Source of the DNA: Hemiscyllium ocellatum
Lineage: Eukaryota
Assembly (NCBI RefSeq): GCF_020745735.1
Contig: NC_083448.1
Coordinates: 19,342,006 to 19,406,005, forward strand
DNA length: 64,000 nucleotides
Direction of reading: 5' to 3'
Numbering within the stretch: position 1 is the first letter of the stretch; each line of letters starts with the position of its first letter. Made by a program: the position numbers and the translations under genes. Of this stretch, positions 49,021 to 60,705 are shown piece after piece. The notes beneath the pieces were generated by a model. That model searched no databases and was not told where the DNA came from. It saw only the letters and a list, made by a program, of their open reading frames with translations.

Positions 49021-49850
49021 TTATTTGATGGAATGTGTGTGCACGTGTGCCAGAATATATGCCTGTGAGATGGTGTGCATGTGAGTGTGAGTGTGCATGT
49101 GTGTGTCTAAGAGACAGCATGTGGAAAAGAGAGGGTCAGTGTGAGTGTGTGTGCATGTGTGTGAGAATGTATAGTGGAGTGGGGTCACCTGTAGTGTGAC
49201 ATGAACCCAAAATCCTGGTTGAGGCCATTCTCACTCATATACACACCCTCTCACAGGCATACACTCTGTCAAGCACACGCACATGCCCACACAAACACAC
49301 ACACACACTTTCTCTCTCTTTCTCTCTCTCTCTCTCTATTCACCCATGCACACAAACATAAAAGTCCATGGGGAAATTTGAATTTGCAGATTTGTATTTG
49401 CACATACATTCTATTTTGTTCAAAAAGTACACAATCTCTAAGCAGTCAGTCCATGTGACATTTTATCAATCCCTACTTTGGAAATAGAACCAGTCTGACT
49501 CAAGGTTAGTATACAGACAGACTTTAACCTCACACCGTTAACGCATTGTCTGAGCTGAGATGTCATCTTTTTTTAATAAAGTCTTCAGTTATCTCGGGAC
49601 TGTGACTTGAAATAAGTCATGGGGTTTACATCTTAATCAATTGAAACCTGCATTCCCATTCTCAGTGATTAAAGACTGAAAGCAATCTTGGTTTGTTTAA
49701 TACATTGCATCAGTTGTATGACAATTTGATCTTTGACAATAACGTCTGTGTCCTATGAGCCTGCCCCACTACCTGATGAGGGAGCAGTGCTTCAAAAATT
49801 TTGGACTTCAAAATTGGATTATTACCTGGTGTTGTGTGATTTCTAACTTT
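48540..49850. mobile_element. Neptune family C PLE fold-back (minus arm about 48540-49200, plus arm about 49230-49850) with (GT)n, (CA)n and (CT)n tracts
   Basis: 48700-48930 is the reverse complement of 49440-49680; same family as 29040-30250. Confidence 0.82.
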
Positions 49851-49919
49851 GTCTACCTTGTCCATCACTAGTGCCTCAGCATCATGCTTTGTTCAAAGCA
49901 TTTTTCTTGCTGTTAGACT

Positions 49920-50700
49920 GAGATGATCACATCAATTGGGCATCTTCCCATTACTTGGGATTAGGGTTAGATGTATCAAACCAGGATCTGCAGTCTGACA
50001 AGAATAATGCAAGCAAGTACTTGTCCTGTGAAGTGCAGCACGAGGGAGATACATTGACAGTTGTTACAATCGCTGCAGTCATTCATGTTCTTGGAGGAGT
50101 GGGGGTCGCAATCCTTTCATCACACATTTTTTAGGGCACTGCCTCTTCCTCCAGCAGTCAGGGAAGTTGTGCAGATGTTGCAAGAGTGCTGGTTTCCCCT
50201 GCTTGATGAGTTCAGACAGAACAGCATTAGCACCTCGAGCCTTGTTCTTGGCAGGTGAATAAATTGCTTTGGTGAGCTCCTTCAATGTGAGTTTGATATC
50301 CAGCTGTGCTGTGATAGGCAGGGATTTCCACATCATTGAGAGTTAACCCATTGTAGTATTTGCATTAGAGCACAACTCAAGGTCTTCTTCTGACCATCTC
50401 TCCTAATGTTCATTGTTGCTGACCTCCCACTGTTTTTTCAAATGGTACCATTTTCTCTTGCATCTGTTTCCCAATTCAGGCTGTCCAATGTGCCCATGAC
50501 ATTTGGATATTTTGGCAGAGTTGGAATCAGTCATCATTGGTGAACACCATACAGGTCAATTGGACTTTATTTTGAACACCTCTAAGTCTGCTCAGCCTCA
50601 TTTGTCTCTTGGTGTCTCCATAACAGGCCTCAGAACATTTTATTTCCTGAACATTGCTGTCCAAATGCTGAAAATCCTGACAGCCTGAAAATATCTTAAC
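49920..50700 (-). mobile_element. RTE-clade (BovB-like) LINE fragment
   Basis: ORF 50079-50336(-) 'LDIKLTLKELTKAI..KNKARGANAVLSELIKQGKPALLQHLH..CW' matches the RTE 'ELxKAI..GKAPGxDGIPxE..KxG..LL..LH' motif. Confidence 0.7.
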
Positions 50701-51980
50701 AATGACTCTGAAAAGATTTTGTGATCAAATCTCTGAACCTTATGCTTCCAGCTTAAAGATTTCAGCTCAGCCCCTTTTAGAAGCTGTTGAATCACTGTCT
50801 GTTTATATTCAGGTATTACTTACTTTCTAATCCAAATGTTCCTCACTGACAGGTGAATGGTCATCGCTATAAATACTTCATTAGGTGATTCAATCAAGAA
50901 CCTTCCTTTTCTCCACTGAGGTTTGGTCATCTAAATACATCAGCCCCAGACCGTGCTCTCCAAAAGGAAATGAGTGAAGCAGAAACCACTGAAACGGAAT
51001 AAACATTGCTCATTTAACATTTAATTTTCAGTATATGAAGCATTTTCAGGGGTAGCTGAGAGTTCTGTGGTTCACATCAGCTCAAAGCACATCAGTCCAT
51101 TCACAATTATACATCACCTGGCAAATGAAAAGCCTCTGCCTGTAAGGGATTCTGTCTGAAAGGGTCACTCCTTCTAATTCTGCACCAAGTCAGAATTTTC
51201 AGCTTTCCTCTAATGCTTAACAATTACAGCAGCAACTAAATCACAATTAACCATTTATCTTGAGCTATTATCTCTTATGCTCAGGTTTTTTCTTGTGATC
51301 TTTTTACATTTACTTCAGCAGATTACACCAAGATGTTACCTCAGACATCAGTTTTAAAGACAGGTTGGAAATGTTCAGATGACAGAAGGCTCAGGGGTGA
51401 TCGAAGCAGAGTTTGAGAAGATACTGACAGGTCATGTAAGAGTACATGGAGTAAAGCTATTCTTTGGGATAAGTGAGCTAAAGACCAGAGATCATCGGTT
51501 TCAAATAATTAGTTACAGATCTGGAGACAAACAATCCTTTGTGAGGTCTTGTAACAAGTAATGTCAGCCATTCAGTTTGGCTGATTAAAGTATCACTCAT
51601 TGTTGGTGAAATATTGCCTTGGTTTGTGTTCAATAATGTCATAAATCCCTTCTACAAGAATTTGACCTGAGCTTTGATCAGGGCAGTCCCTCTCTTCGCA
51701 TTGTTTCACTTCCTTGTGAAGTGACTGAGTTCAACATTCAGATAAATACATTTTGGAACATGAACTAATTAAGTAAGAGCTAATATGCGAGGGAACAAAT
51801 GAAACCCAGGCTTTCAATGACTGAACACTGCAGAATGGTAAAATATGGAAACTGTAAAAGCAGACGTGCTTCATTTCACTGGAAATTTGGAGCAGAGAGA
51901 TTAATTCATGTTTTCATGTTTGATGCTAATCCTGTCGTTCAATGTTACACTTTGTTTGATAATGATTCAGTACCTGAAAT

Positions 51981-52116
51981 CAGTCCAAGATGAAGGGCTT
52001 TTGCCCGAAACGACAATTTTCCTGCTTCTCGGATGCTGCCTGAACTGCTGTGCTTTTCCAGCGCCACTCTAATCTGGACTCTGGTTTCCAGCATCTGCAG
52101 TCCTTGTTTATACCTC
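51981..52116 (+). mobile_element. Single-arm mini-PLE (family B), 5'-truncated inside the hammerhead core
   Basis: 'gatgaagggcttttgcccgaaac...cagcatctgcagtcc'; TSD gta(c/t)ctgaaat at 51970-51980 and 52117-52127. Confidence 0.8.
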
Positions 52117-52920
52117 GTATCTGAAATATGCAAGCTGTTGTTCAGAAAGCAACCAAGTCAACAGGACGGAAGTCCCTTTTTACTAATTCACATTGGAATT
52201 AGTAAAGAGCCATCTAAAATCCATCTTGGACTTATCTTTCAACAGTTAGTACACCAAAGAAAGAACTGGCATTAATTTAGCATATTTCATTTCCTCAGTA
52301 CAAACACCTAAAAACCAATGGATTCCAATGTAGTCGTTTATGCCATTGAATGCAGCTAATGTATGCAAAGCAAAATCCAACAAATAACACACAATCAGAA
52401 AAACGCTCAGATAATCTACTTCCTTGTCAATGGTGCATTAGAAGAACTTCCTTTCCCTTTGCATCAATGTCCCTCATTGGTCTGCAGCATGACTTGAACC
52501 AGTACTCTAGATTAACTTGGAATGGAATGGTTGTGGTGAGAATGAAGCTATCATTTTGTCACAGAATGCCATCTTATTTAATACTGTTCTTCAGAGAAAG
52601 AAACTTGCTGATCTTACCCATTCTGATTGACTCCATGCCCACAGAAATTTGGGTAAGTGTGAACTTGCACCCCAAAGTGCTTGTTAATCAACAAAAACTG
52701 AAGATTCAGTTCCATTGCTTTTTCCAGCCCTAATATGCAACTAATGAACTTGGAACACATCCACAGTAGTTTTTTAAAAAATATATATTGATATCATGTG
52801 AGTTTGTTTCCGATCCAATGAAGCTTTCTCAGTGTTCTATCAGTTGCTGTCTCTACCTCGGTCTTGACATCACACACTCCAGTCCATTCACCTTGCTGGA
52901 ATGGATTGACCTCCAGAATG

Positions 52921-53214
52921 TAGATGAGATGAGATTACATACAGTGTGGAAACAGGCCCTGCGGCCCAAGTCCACACCGACTCGCCGAAGTGCAACCCAT
53001 CCAGACTCATTCCCTTGCATTTACCCCTTCACCTAACACTACGGGCAATTTAGCATGGCCAATTCACCTAACCTGCACATCTTTTGGACTATGGGAGGAA
53101 ACCCATGCAGACACAATGTGCAAACTCCACATAGACAGTTGCCCGAGGCAGGAATTGAACCCGGGTCTCTGGCGCTTTGAGGCAGCCGTGCTAACCACTG
53201 TGCCACCGTACCGT
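52921..53214 (-). mobile_element. HE1 SINE
   Basis: Reverse complement of HE1 with small internal deletions. Confidence 0.9.
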
Positions 53215-53929
53215 CTACTTTTTTTTTATTAACTGAGTACACCATTCTGCCCCTGAATTTATTTTAAGATTAGATTAAATGGGTCTTTACATGAGCAGTC
53301 ACAGCTATTGGAATTAACATGAAAGGTCCCACTGATGGATGTTAGCTTCTCAGCATGGAACAATTTTTAACAACACCAGGTAAAATATTCCTTTGTCTCG
53401 GTGCAGTGACATCCGAAGTATGTTCTGAAAGACATGCTTAATGCTTTTCCATATTGATCAGAATGGTTCCTCTTTCCTCACCACTTCATTCCCTCAACAA
53501 ACATGTGGGTTAAATTATCAAACACTTTTGGAAGTGTATCAAATTAATAAATACTGAGGAATAAGGGAAGAGATGAAACCCAGGCTTTCATTGGCTGACC
53601 ACAGCAGAGTGATAAAATATTAAAATGGAAAAAGCAGACTTGCTTTATGACACTGGAGATTTTGAGTATTGTTATTAATTCATCTTTGAATCCATAAATT
53701 GTCATCTGTTGAGACTCAAACAGATGTTATCATCATTTAAAGCAATGAAAATAGAGTATATTGATGTTTTCTTCAAATGTGATATGCTCACAATCTTCCT
53801 TTGAACATTATAAATTATACCCAGGACAGGGAAGCCTTCCCAGCTTGGAAGCTTGTCTGCATGTACAAGTCACTGCTTTAATTCACACTAAATACAATTT
53901 CATATTACTTATGTTAATTAGTTTGTAAT

Positions 53930-54127
53930 TCAGATGTTTGGACAAATGATTTGGAGGTAGAAGTTCAAGTCTCACCTGAAGAATTAAAACTCAGTTCGTT
54001 AATTAAATGAAAAAGTGAGCATCAGTCATGACAACAATGAAATTATTGGCTGTCATAAAACTGCACATGGTTCAATCATGCCCTTAAGGAATCCTGTCTT
54101 CCTGACTCAATCTGATTGAGTCCATGA
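53930..54127 (+). mobile_element. tRNA-derived SINE (second family), degenerate
   Basis: 'gttcaagtctcac..gaattaaaactc..tggttcaatcatgcccttaaggaatcctgtc'. Confidence 0.55.
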
Positions 54128-54395
54128 TAATAGCAAGGCAGTTCACTCTGAAATAAGGCCATAAGATGGGGATTCAGAATAGGCCACTCAGTTCATCGAG
54201 TGTGCTGCACCTTTCAATGAGATTATGGCTGATTTGATAATCCTCAACCCCGCTTTCCTGCCTTTTCACCATAACTCCTGGATTCCTTCACTGTTTAAAA
54301 CTCTGTCTGTCTCAGCCTTGAATATTTTTGATGAATAAACCAACCTAGATAGCCTTCAGTGGAAAAGAATTCTGTAGATTCACCACTGTTTGAAA
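54128..54395 (-). mobile_element. CR1 3' end (subfamily of 47035-48160)
   Basis: 'aggccactcagttcatcgag..gagattatggctgat..ctgtctcagccttgaatat'. Confidence 0.7.
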
Positions 54396-54399
54396 GAAG

Positions 54400-56090
54400 G
54401 TTAAAAATCACACAACACCAGGTCATAATCCAATCGGTTTATTTTGCAGCACCAGCTTTCAGAGCACTGCTCCTTCATCAGGTAGCTGTGGAGCAGGATC
54501 ATAAGACACAGAGCTTCTAGCAAAAGATTACAGTGTCATGCTACTTGTTATGAAGGTGTTAGGGTTACTGCACCTTTAAGAGAGTTAAAGGCGAGCAGAA
54601 CTATCTGACAGCACCAAGTGTTCTGAACAAGATATATTGTAACCTTTTGGTTGAACAACTGCATCAGTTGGTTGCCTGGAGACAACAAAACAAATTTGAA
54701 TTAGGCCAATCAGTTTAAGTTACACCCTGAAAAATACCAAACTCCAATCAAGTTTGAATTGAGTATATTGACAATCTTAAAAGCCAATGACATAACCTGA
54801 TGTTTTGAGTGCATAAGGGGAAAATTGAACAGTTCAGAGGAGAACTGTCAAGCCACCAGCATGTACAGACTGCTTGAAAAATAGCTCGCCTAAAGGTATC
54901 TTTATCGATCAATAACCTGTGAAACAGAAATCCTTAAGAAGAAGAAGACAGAGGAAGATATAACGAGAAAATTCCACAATGACTGGTTTTGAAAATTTGA
55001 ATTTTTGGTCAATCTTAACAGAGTGTTTTTTGGGCTAGCATTATGGAAGAGGAAGGGAAAAGATAGGTTAGAGGAAGGAGTTGTAAATAGTTGTTAGTTA
55101 ATTATTCTCTGCTATACTTGAAGAAATAAAGTTGTTAATCTTTAAAAAGTCCTTGGCCTCTTGAATTTTCACAAATTACTGCACAAGATAAATCTTTTCT
55201 GTGTTGCTGGTTCAAATTATATGTTTACCCTGTGTTGTAACAAACTGAAATAATATATTGAACAAACCGAGATTGCTGTTCAGTCTTTCACCTTTTAGAA
55301 TGGGTTACACGTTTCGGTTCATTAACATGTAAATCCGAGAAGTTCTTGTCAGTCACATTCTCAAGATAACTGAAGGTTTTATAAAAAAGATGACATCTCA
55401 GCTCAGACGATGCATTTAAGGTGTGAGGTTAGAGTCTGTCTGTATCCCAATATTGAGTCTTACTGATTCTATTTCCAAAGTAGGAATTTCTGAAATGTCA
55501 CACGGATTGACTGCCTCCCATTAACTGCCTACAGATTGTGTGCTTTCTGAGCAAAATAGAATGTATCTACAAATACAATTCTGAAAATGCAAATTTGCAG
55601 AATTATATTTGCAGACATATTCTATTTTGCTCAAAAAGCGCACAATCTGCAGGCAGACAATCCACGTAACATTTTATAAATTCCTACTTTGAAAATAGAA
55701 CCAGTCTAACTCAAGATTGGGATACAGATAGACTCCAACCTCACACATATAATGCATGTGAGCTGAGATGTCATCTTTTTCACAAAATCTTCAGTTATCT
55801 CGAGAATGTGACTTAAAAGCAGTTCTGGGATTTACATCTTAATGAATCAAAACCTGCAAACTATTCTAAAAGATGAAAGACTTAACAGCAATCTAGCTTT
55901 TTTTCAATTTATTGTTTCAGTTGCATGATACTGTGATCTTTTGCTGTAGATTCTGTGTTTTATCATCTTACTGCACAGCTACCCAATAAAGAAGCAGCAC
56001 TCCAAAAGCTAGTACTTCCAAATAAACCTGTCGCACTTTAACCTAGCGTTATGTGATTTTTAACTTTGTCCACCTCAGTCTAACACCGGT
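54400..56090. mobile_element. Neptune family C PLE fold-back (minus arm 54400-55530, plus arm about 55560-56090) hosting a solo LTR
   Basis: 55300-55500 is antisense to 55670-55900; terminal-repeat motifs at both ends. Confidence 0.82.
54546..55242 (+). mobile_element. Solo LTR, 697 bp
   Basis: TGTTATGA...TTGTAACA inverted termini, AATAAA near 55125, 4-bp flanks tact/aact (1 mismatch); the host PLE reads through once it is removed. Confidence 0.82.
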
Positions 56091-56094
56091 ACCT

Positions 56095-56320
56095 CCACAT
56101 CATATTATAGAGAAGACATTCTTCCTCATCCCATTCCCTCTCAGTTTGTGCTCTCTGGTCCTAGATTCAGAAGGCAATGCGGCACCTCAGCATTTACCCT
56201 GTCAAACCACCAAACAATCTTGTATGTTTTAATCGGGTCACCTCTCACCATTCTGAACACCAATAAGTACAGACCCAACCTATTCAATCTCGCCTCATCA
56301 AATAATCCCTCTATACCGAT
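56095..56320 (-). mobile_element. Degenerate CR1 fragment
   Basis: 'cagcatttaccctgtcaaacc..cacctctcaccattctgaac..cagacccaacctattcaatctc'. Confidence 0.6.
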
Positions 56321-58559
56321 AGAATATTCTAATAAAAGTCACATGGTTGAATCTGCGATAAATTCAAAATGTATTTGGAAAAGTTAGGGACTTCTACAAC
56401 TCTCAGTTTAATTAAATTATGATCTCACCTGATGTTACTACTGGACAAGTCAGATTTCTGGCTTGCGAGATTTAAAAAAAATGCAATTTGCACTCTTTTA
56501 CCGAGACATTAACACTAAAGCTTGCAGTGAAAACAGCAAATTCTGGATATCACAGCAGGTCAGAAAACATCCATGGAGAGTGAGGTAGCTCATGTTTTGA
56601 GTCCAGATGACTCTTCATCAGAACTGAAGAGTGGAGGGGACATCATTTTTGCTATCACTTTGGGGGTGGAGGGGGGTGTAGGGGAAGTGGGTGTAGAGTG
56701 CTGGTGGAGAAAAGATGTTCGTAGTTCAGGTTAGCTGATCAAAATGTGAAAATAGCAGAACAATAGTGTGTTCTCCTGCCCAACTTGAAAGAACAGGCAA
56801 TCCATTTGGGATGGGAGGAGGGGAAAAGATATGATAACAAAATGTAACAAATGAAAAGTAAGGGAAGATATGGGAATTTTCACATTCCGATCCCACCTGC
56901 TGCCCATCTCCATCACTCTCCAGTCACTCAAAAAAACCAGAGACATTTCTCCTCTCCCTCAAATCTGCGGCTTCAACTTCACCATGGCTTATTCAGTTCC
57001 TGTTCTGTGCATGTGAAACTTTTTCTTTGAATCCTCATACCACTGAGATATTGAGACAAGGAGAACAAGCTACAAACTGAGCTCAGTGTTACATTCACTT
57101 CAGAGTGAGCATGTGTTTCCAAAGGTCAGGTTCCAGCAAACTGATGGACTAACCTCAAGGTTTTCCTATTCCTCTGTGGCCTGACGTCTGGTCTCGAGGC
57201 ACATTTTCATTAACTTAATCTCTGAATACCCAGTCCTGTTAGCCCCCGTTTCTTCACTGCACGAGTTGTAAAATCTCATTAAAAATGTAAATGAACAATA
57301 GACCTCCAGTCTCCCCCATACCAAGCCCAGTACAAACAATTCTAAAATGTTAAAACCACATCAACTCCATAACACACAAAACTATGATAAATGATGTGTG
57401 ATTTATACATAGAAGTACTTCTTTTCTGAAAGAGTTTGGATTGGAAATTAGTGGCATGCTGAGGAACACTTCACAGTCAGAAGTGTCTTTGTTTTAACAA
57501 GATATTAAATAGAGGTCCCACTTGCTATGTTAAGTGTACATACAAGATCCTGCGTTTAGTACTTTTGATATGTACAATGTGCAATGTCCTGATCAATACT
57601 GATCTCTCAATTAACTTCCACAAAACAGGTTATCTCAGCATTGTGCTATGCTGTTTGTGGGAGCACAATATTTCTACAGCACTTGTGATATTATACTGAC
57701 AACTGAAGCAGTTTGGAATGTCTGGAGGTCATGAGAACAGCAATAGAAATGGCAGAAATGTAGCTCCTTCTTTTCATCACAAACAGTTGGAGGAGATATG
57801 AATTTATTAAAATCACACTCCACTGAATTTACTGGCAGTTATTCCTGACTTTGTGTTCCTTTGATATTTCCAGCAGAAAACTTCAAACTGTCCACTGCAG
57901 ATGTCAGAGTGAATCAGTGGCCAAAAGAATTACATTTCTGGAGGGAATGAGGCCAGCGAAATGTAACTCTTACCAAACTCACACTGCTTCATTTGCAATA
58001 GCTTAACAGAAGGCTAAGAAACAAATTGTCCATCTGGTCTCTCAATACAAACTGATAGCAAGATGGGATTTACAGCCTTTTTCATATTGGGGACTGATGC
58101 TTGTACAACAGATAATGGAAGTCCAGGTTATGGGAAATCTGCGCTGTTTGTCAAAAAATATTTTTCAGAATAACAACCATCAAGTATTTGCCAGATTTTA
58201 AGACGTTTGCATTCTTGAAGTTGTCCTTTGACAACCAGAAGGCTAAGAACTTCTGTGCAGATTGACTGTCCTTCCTGAAAACTCTGGTAGCAGACACACA
58301 AAAGACCAAACCTTCAAGACAATAACTGTGTTGCTCGATAGTCAAATTGATCTGTGCTTAATTACACAATGCTGTTGACGGATCTACACTGCTTTTGCTG
58401 AACTGAAGCCTGGGTGTTGTTTTTGACAGTGAAGGAAAAACATAATTTTCAGAGAAAAACCGCAGAGGCTTGAGATCTTGACATGTGTGTACAGATCCCA
58501 TGATTATTTAACCATTTTAAAGAAATGTTCATAAACCTGTTGGCAAGCTAAAATAAGTG

Positions 58560-58766
58560 CTGAAAATGTGTTGCTGGAAAAGCGCAGCAGGTCAGGCAGC
58601 ATCCAAGGAACAGGAGATTCGATGTTTCGGGCATGAGCCCTTCTTCAGGGCTTATGCCCGAAACGTCGAATCGCCTGTTCCTTGGATGCTGCCTGACCTG
58701 CTGTGCTTTTCCAGCAACACATTTTCAGCTCTGATCTCCAGCATCTGCAGACCTCACTTTCTCCTC
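58560..58766. mobile_element. Fold-back mini-PLE (family B)
   Basis: Inverted arms meeting in hammerhead stem II ('gcccttcttcagggc'); perfect 16-bp TSD caagctaaaataagtg at 58544-58559 and 58767-58782. Confidence 0.92.
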
Positions 58767-59574
58767 CAAGCTAAAATAAGTGTCATCCTTACCTTGCTTC
58801 AAAATAAAGCAGTTACATAAAATAAGCAATAAACCTGCAAATATACACCAATCGCTAAGAAGACAGCATGGTTGTCAGCCATGATGGATTCTTAATTTAA
58901 AGGTCATTAGCTAAGAGTGGTCTTAGGTTGAACTCAAAACATAAATATACTGGGAGTGCAGTATGAGGTATTAATCTTCAGCTTAGAATTTAAACTTGGT
59001 CTCTATGCGGCCACAGTATCAGATTTGAAATTATACTTTCATGGCACTAATCAAGGGGTGTGTCTAACTGTTCCTACCTTAGCAGTGAACAGTATAAGGA
59101 TAGATTAATCAAGATCAAATTGAGTGGTGTCCAAGCCAGAGGAGTGAATGGGCACCTTCTGATTTTAAGCTCTGCCAAACGACAATGAAGTTTTAAAAAC
59201 AGATGCTCATCCAAAAATAATGAAGGATGAATACAACTGGGAATATAGTTGAAGATGACAGTTTTAAAGAGATGGGAGGTAATGAATGAGAACTGAAAAG
59301 TCCATCACTTCATTGTTTGGATCTCAGTACACGTGGGATATAAAGAGAGGGTACCATGTGTTGCAGATTTGGACTGAACTCAGTCCAAAGGTGCACTGAT
59401 ACATGCATTACAAAAAAAAGGAACAGCATGAGGGGATTTGTTGATGGAAAGATTCAATGAAAGATTCTTACTCTGAAGTATTAACCCTGTTCAGATGTTC
59501 ACACATGCTACCTGATCTGCTGATTAATTCCAGCATGTTCTGGTAAAATTTCAGATTTGCAGCATTTACTATAC

Positions 59575-60705
59575 AAAGAACAAAAGAAAATAAAGAAAAT
59601 TACAACACAGGAACAGGCCCTTCAACTCTCCAAGCCCATGCTGATCCAGATTCTCTCTCTAAACCTGTCACCTATTTTCCAGGGATCTGTATTCCTCTGC
59701 TTCCTGCCCATTCATGTATCTGTCTAGATACATCTTAAATGATGCTATCGTGCCCGCCTCTACCATCTCCGATAGCAATGTGTTCCAGGTACCCATCACA
59801 CTGTGTAAAGACCGTTCCATAAATAATTCCCTTAAACTTTTCCCCTTCACTTTTAACTTGTGACACCTTGTAACTGAATCCCCCATTCTGGGAAAAAAGG
59901 TTCTTGCTTTCCACCCTTTCAATACCTCTCATGATTTTGTCGACCTCAATCAGGTTCCCCCTCAACTTCTGTCTTTCTCATCAAAATAATCCTAATCTAC
60001 ACAATCTCTCTTCATAATTAGTGCCCTCCATACCAGGCAACATCCTGGTGAACCTCCTCTGCACCCTCTCCAAAGTATCCACATTCTTTTGGTAATGTGG
60101 CGACCAGAACTGTATGCGGTATTCCAAATGTAGCTGAACCAAAGTCTAATGCAACTATAACATGGCCTAACAACTCTTGTACTCAATGTCCCGCCCAATG
60201 AAAGAAAGCATGCCGTAGTCTTCTTGACCACTTTATCAACCTGTGTTGCCACCTTCAGGGTACAATGGACATGAACACCCAGATCTCACCGTACATCAAT
60301 TTTCTCCAAGGCTTTTTCATTTACCGCATAGTTTACTATAGAAGTGGATCTTCCAAATGCATCACATCGCATTTGCCCAGAATGAACTTCATTTTCCATT
60401 TCTCTGCCCAACTCTCTGATCTATGAACATTCTGCTGGATTCGCTGACAGTCCCTTTCACAATCTGCCACTCCACCAATCTTACTATCATCTGAAAGCTG
60501 GCTCATCAGGCCACCTATACCTTCCTGTGTATATCACAAACAACAGTGGTCCCAGCATGGATCCCTGTGGAATACCACTGGTCACAGCTTTCTACCAGTA
60601 CTCCTCTCTGTCTCCTGTTGCCCAGGCACTTCTCTATCCATCTAGTTAGTAGACCCTGAACCCCATTTGACTCCAGTTTCTCCATCAGCCTACCACGGGG
60701 AACTT
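59575..60705 (-). mobile_element. CR1 RT C-terminus to 3' end
   Basis: 'LRGNLIEVDKIMRG', 'QVDKVVKK' and an FADD-region remnant. Confidence 0.88.

Noticed and set aside
48814-49458. VC- and HT-repeat ORFs
   Set aside because: Translations of (GT)n/(CA)n microsatellites inside a PLE terminal region.
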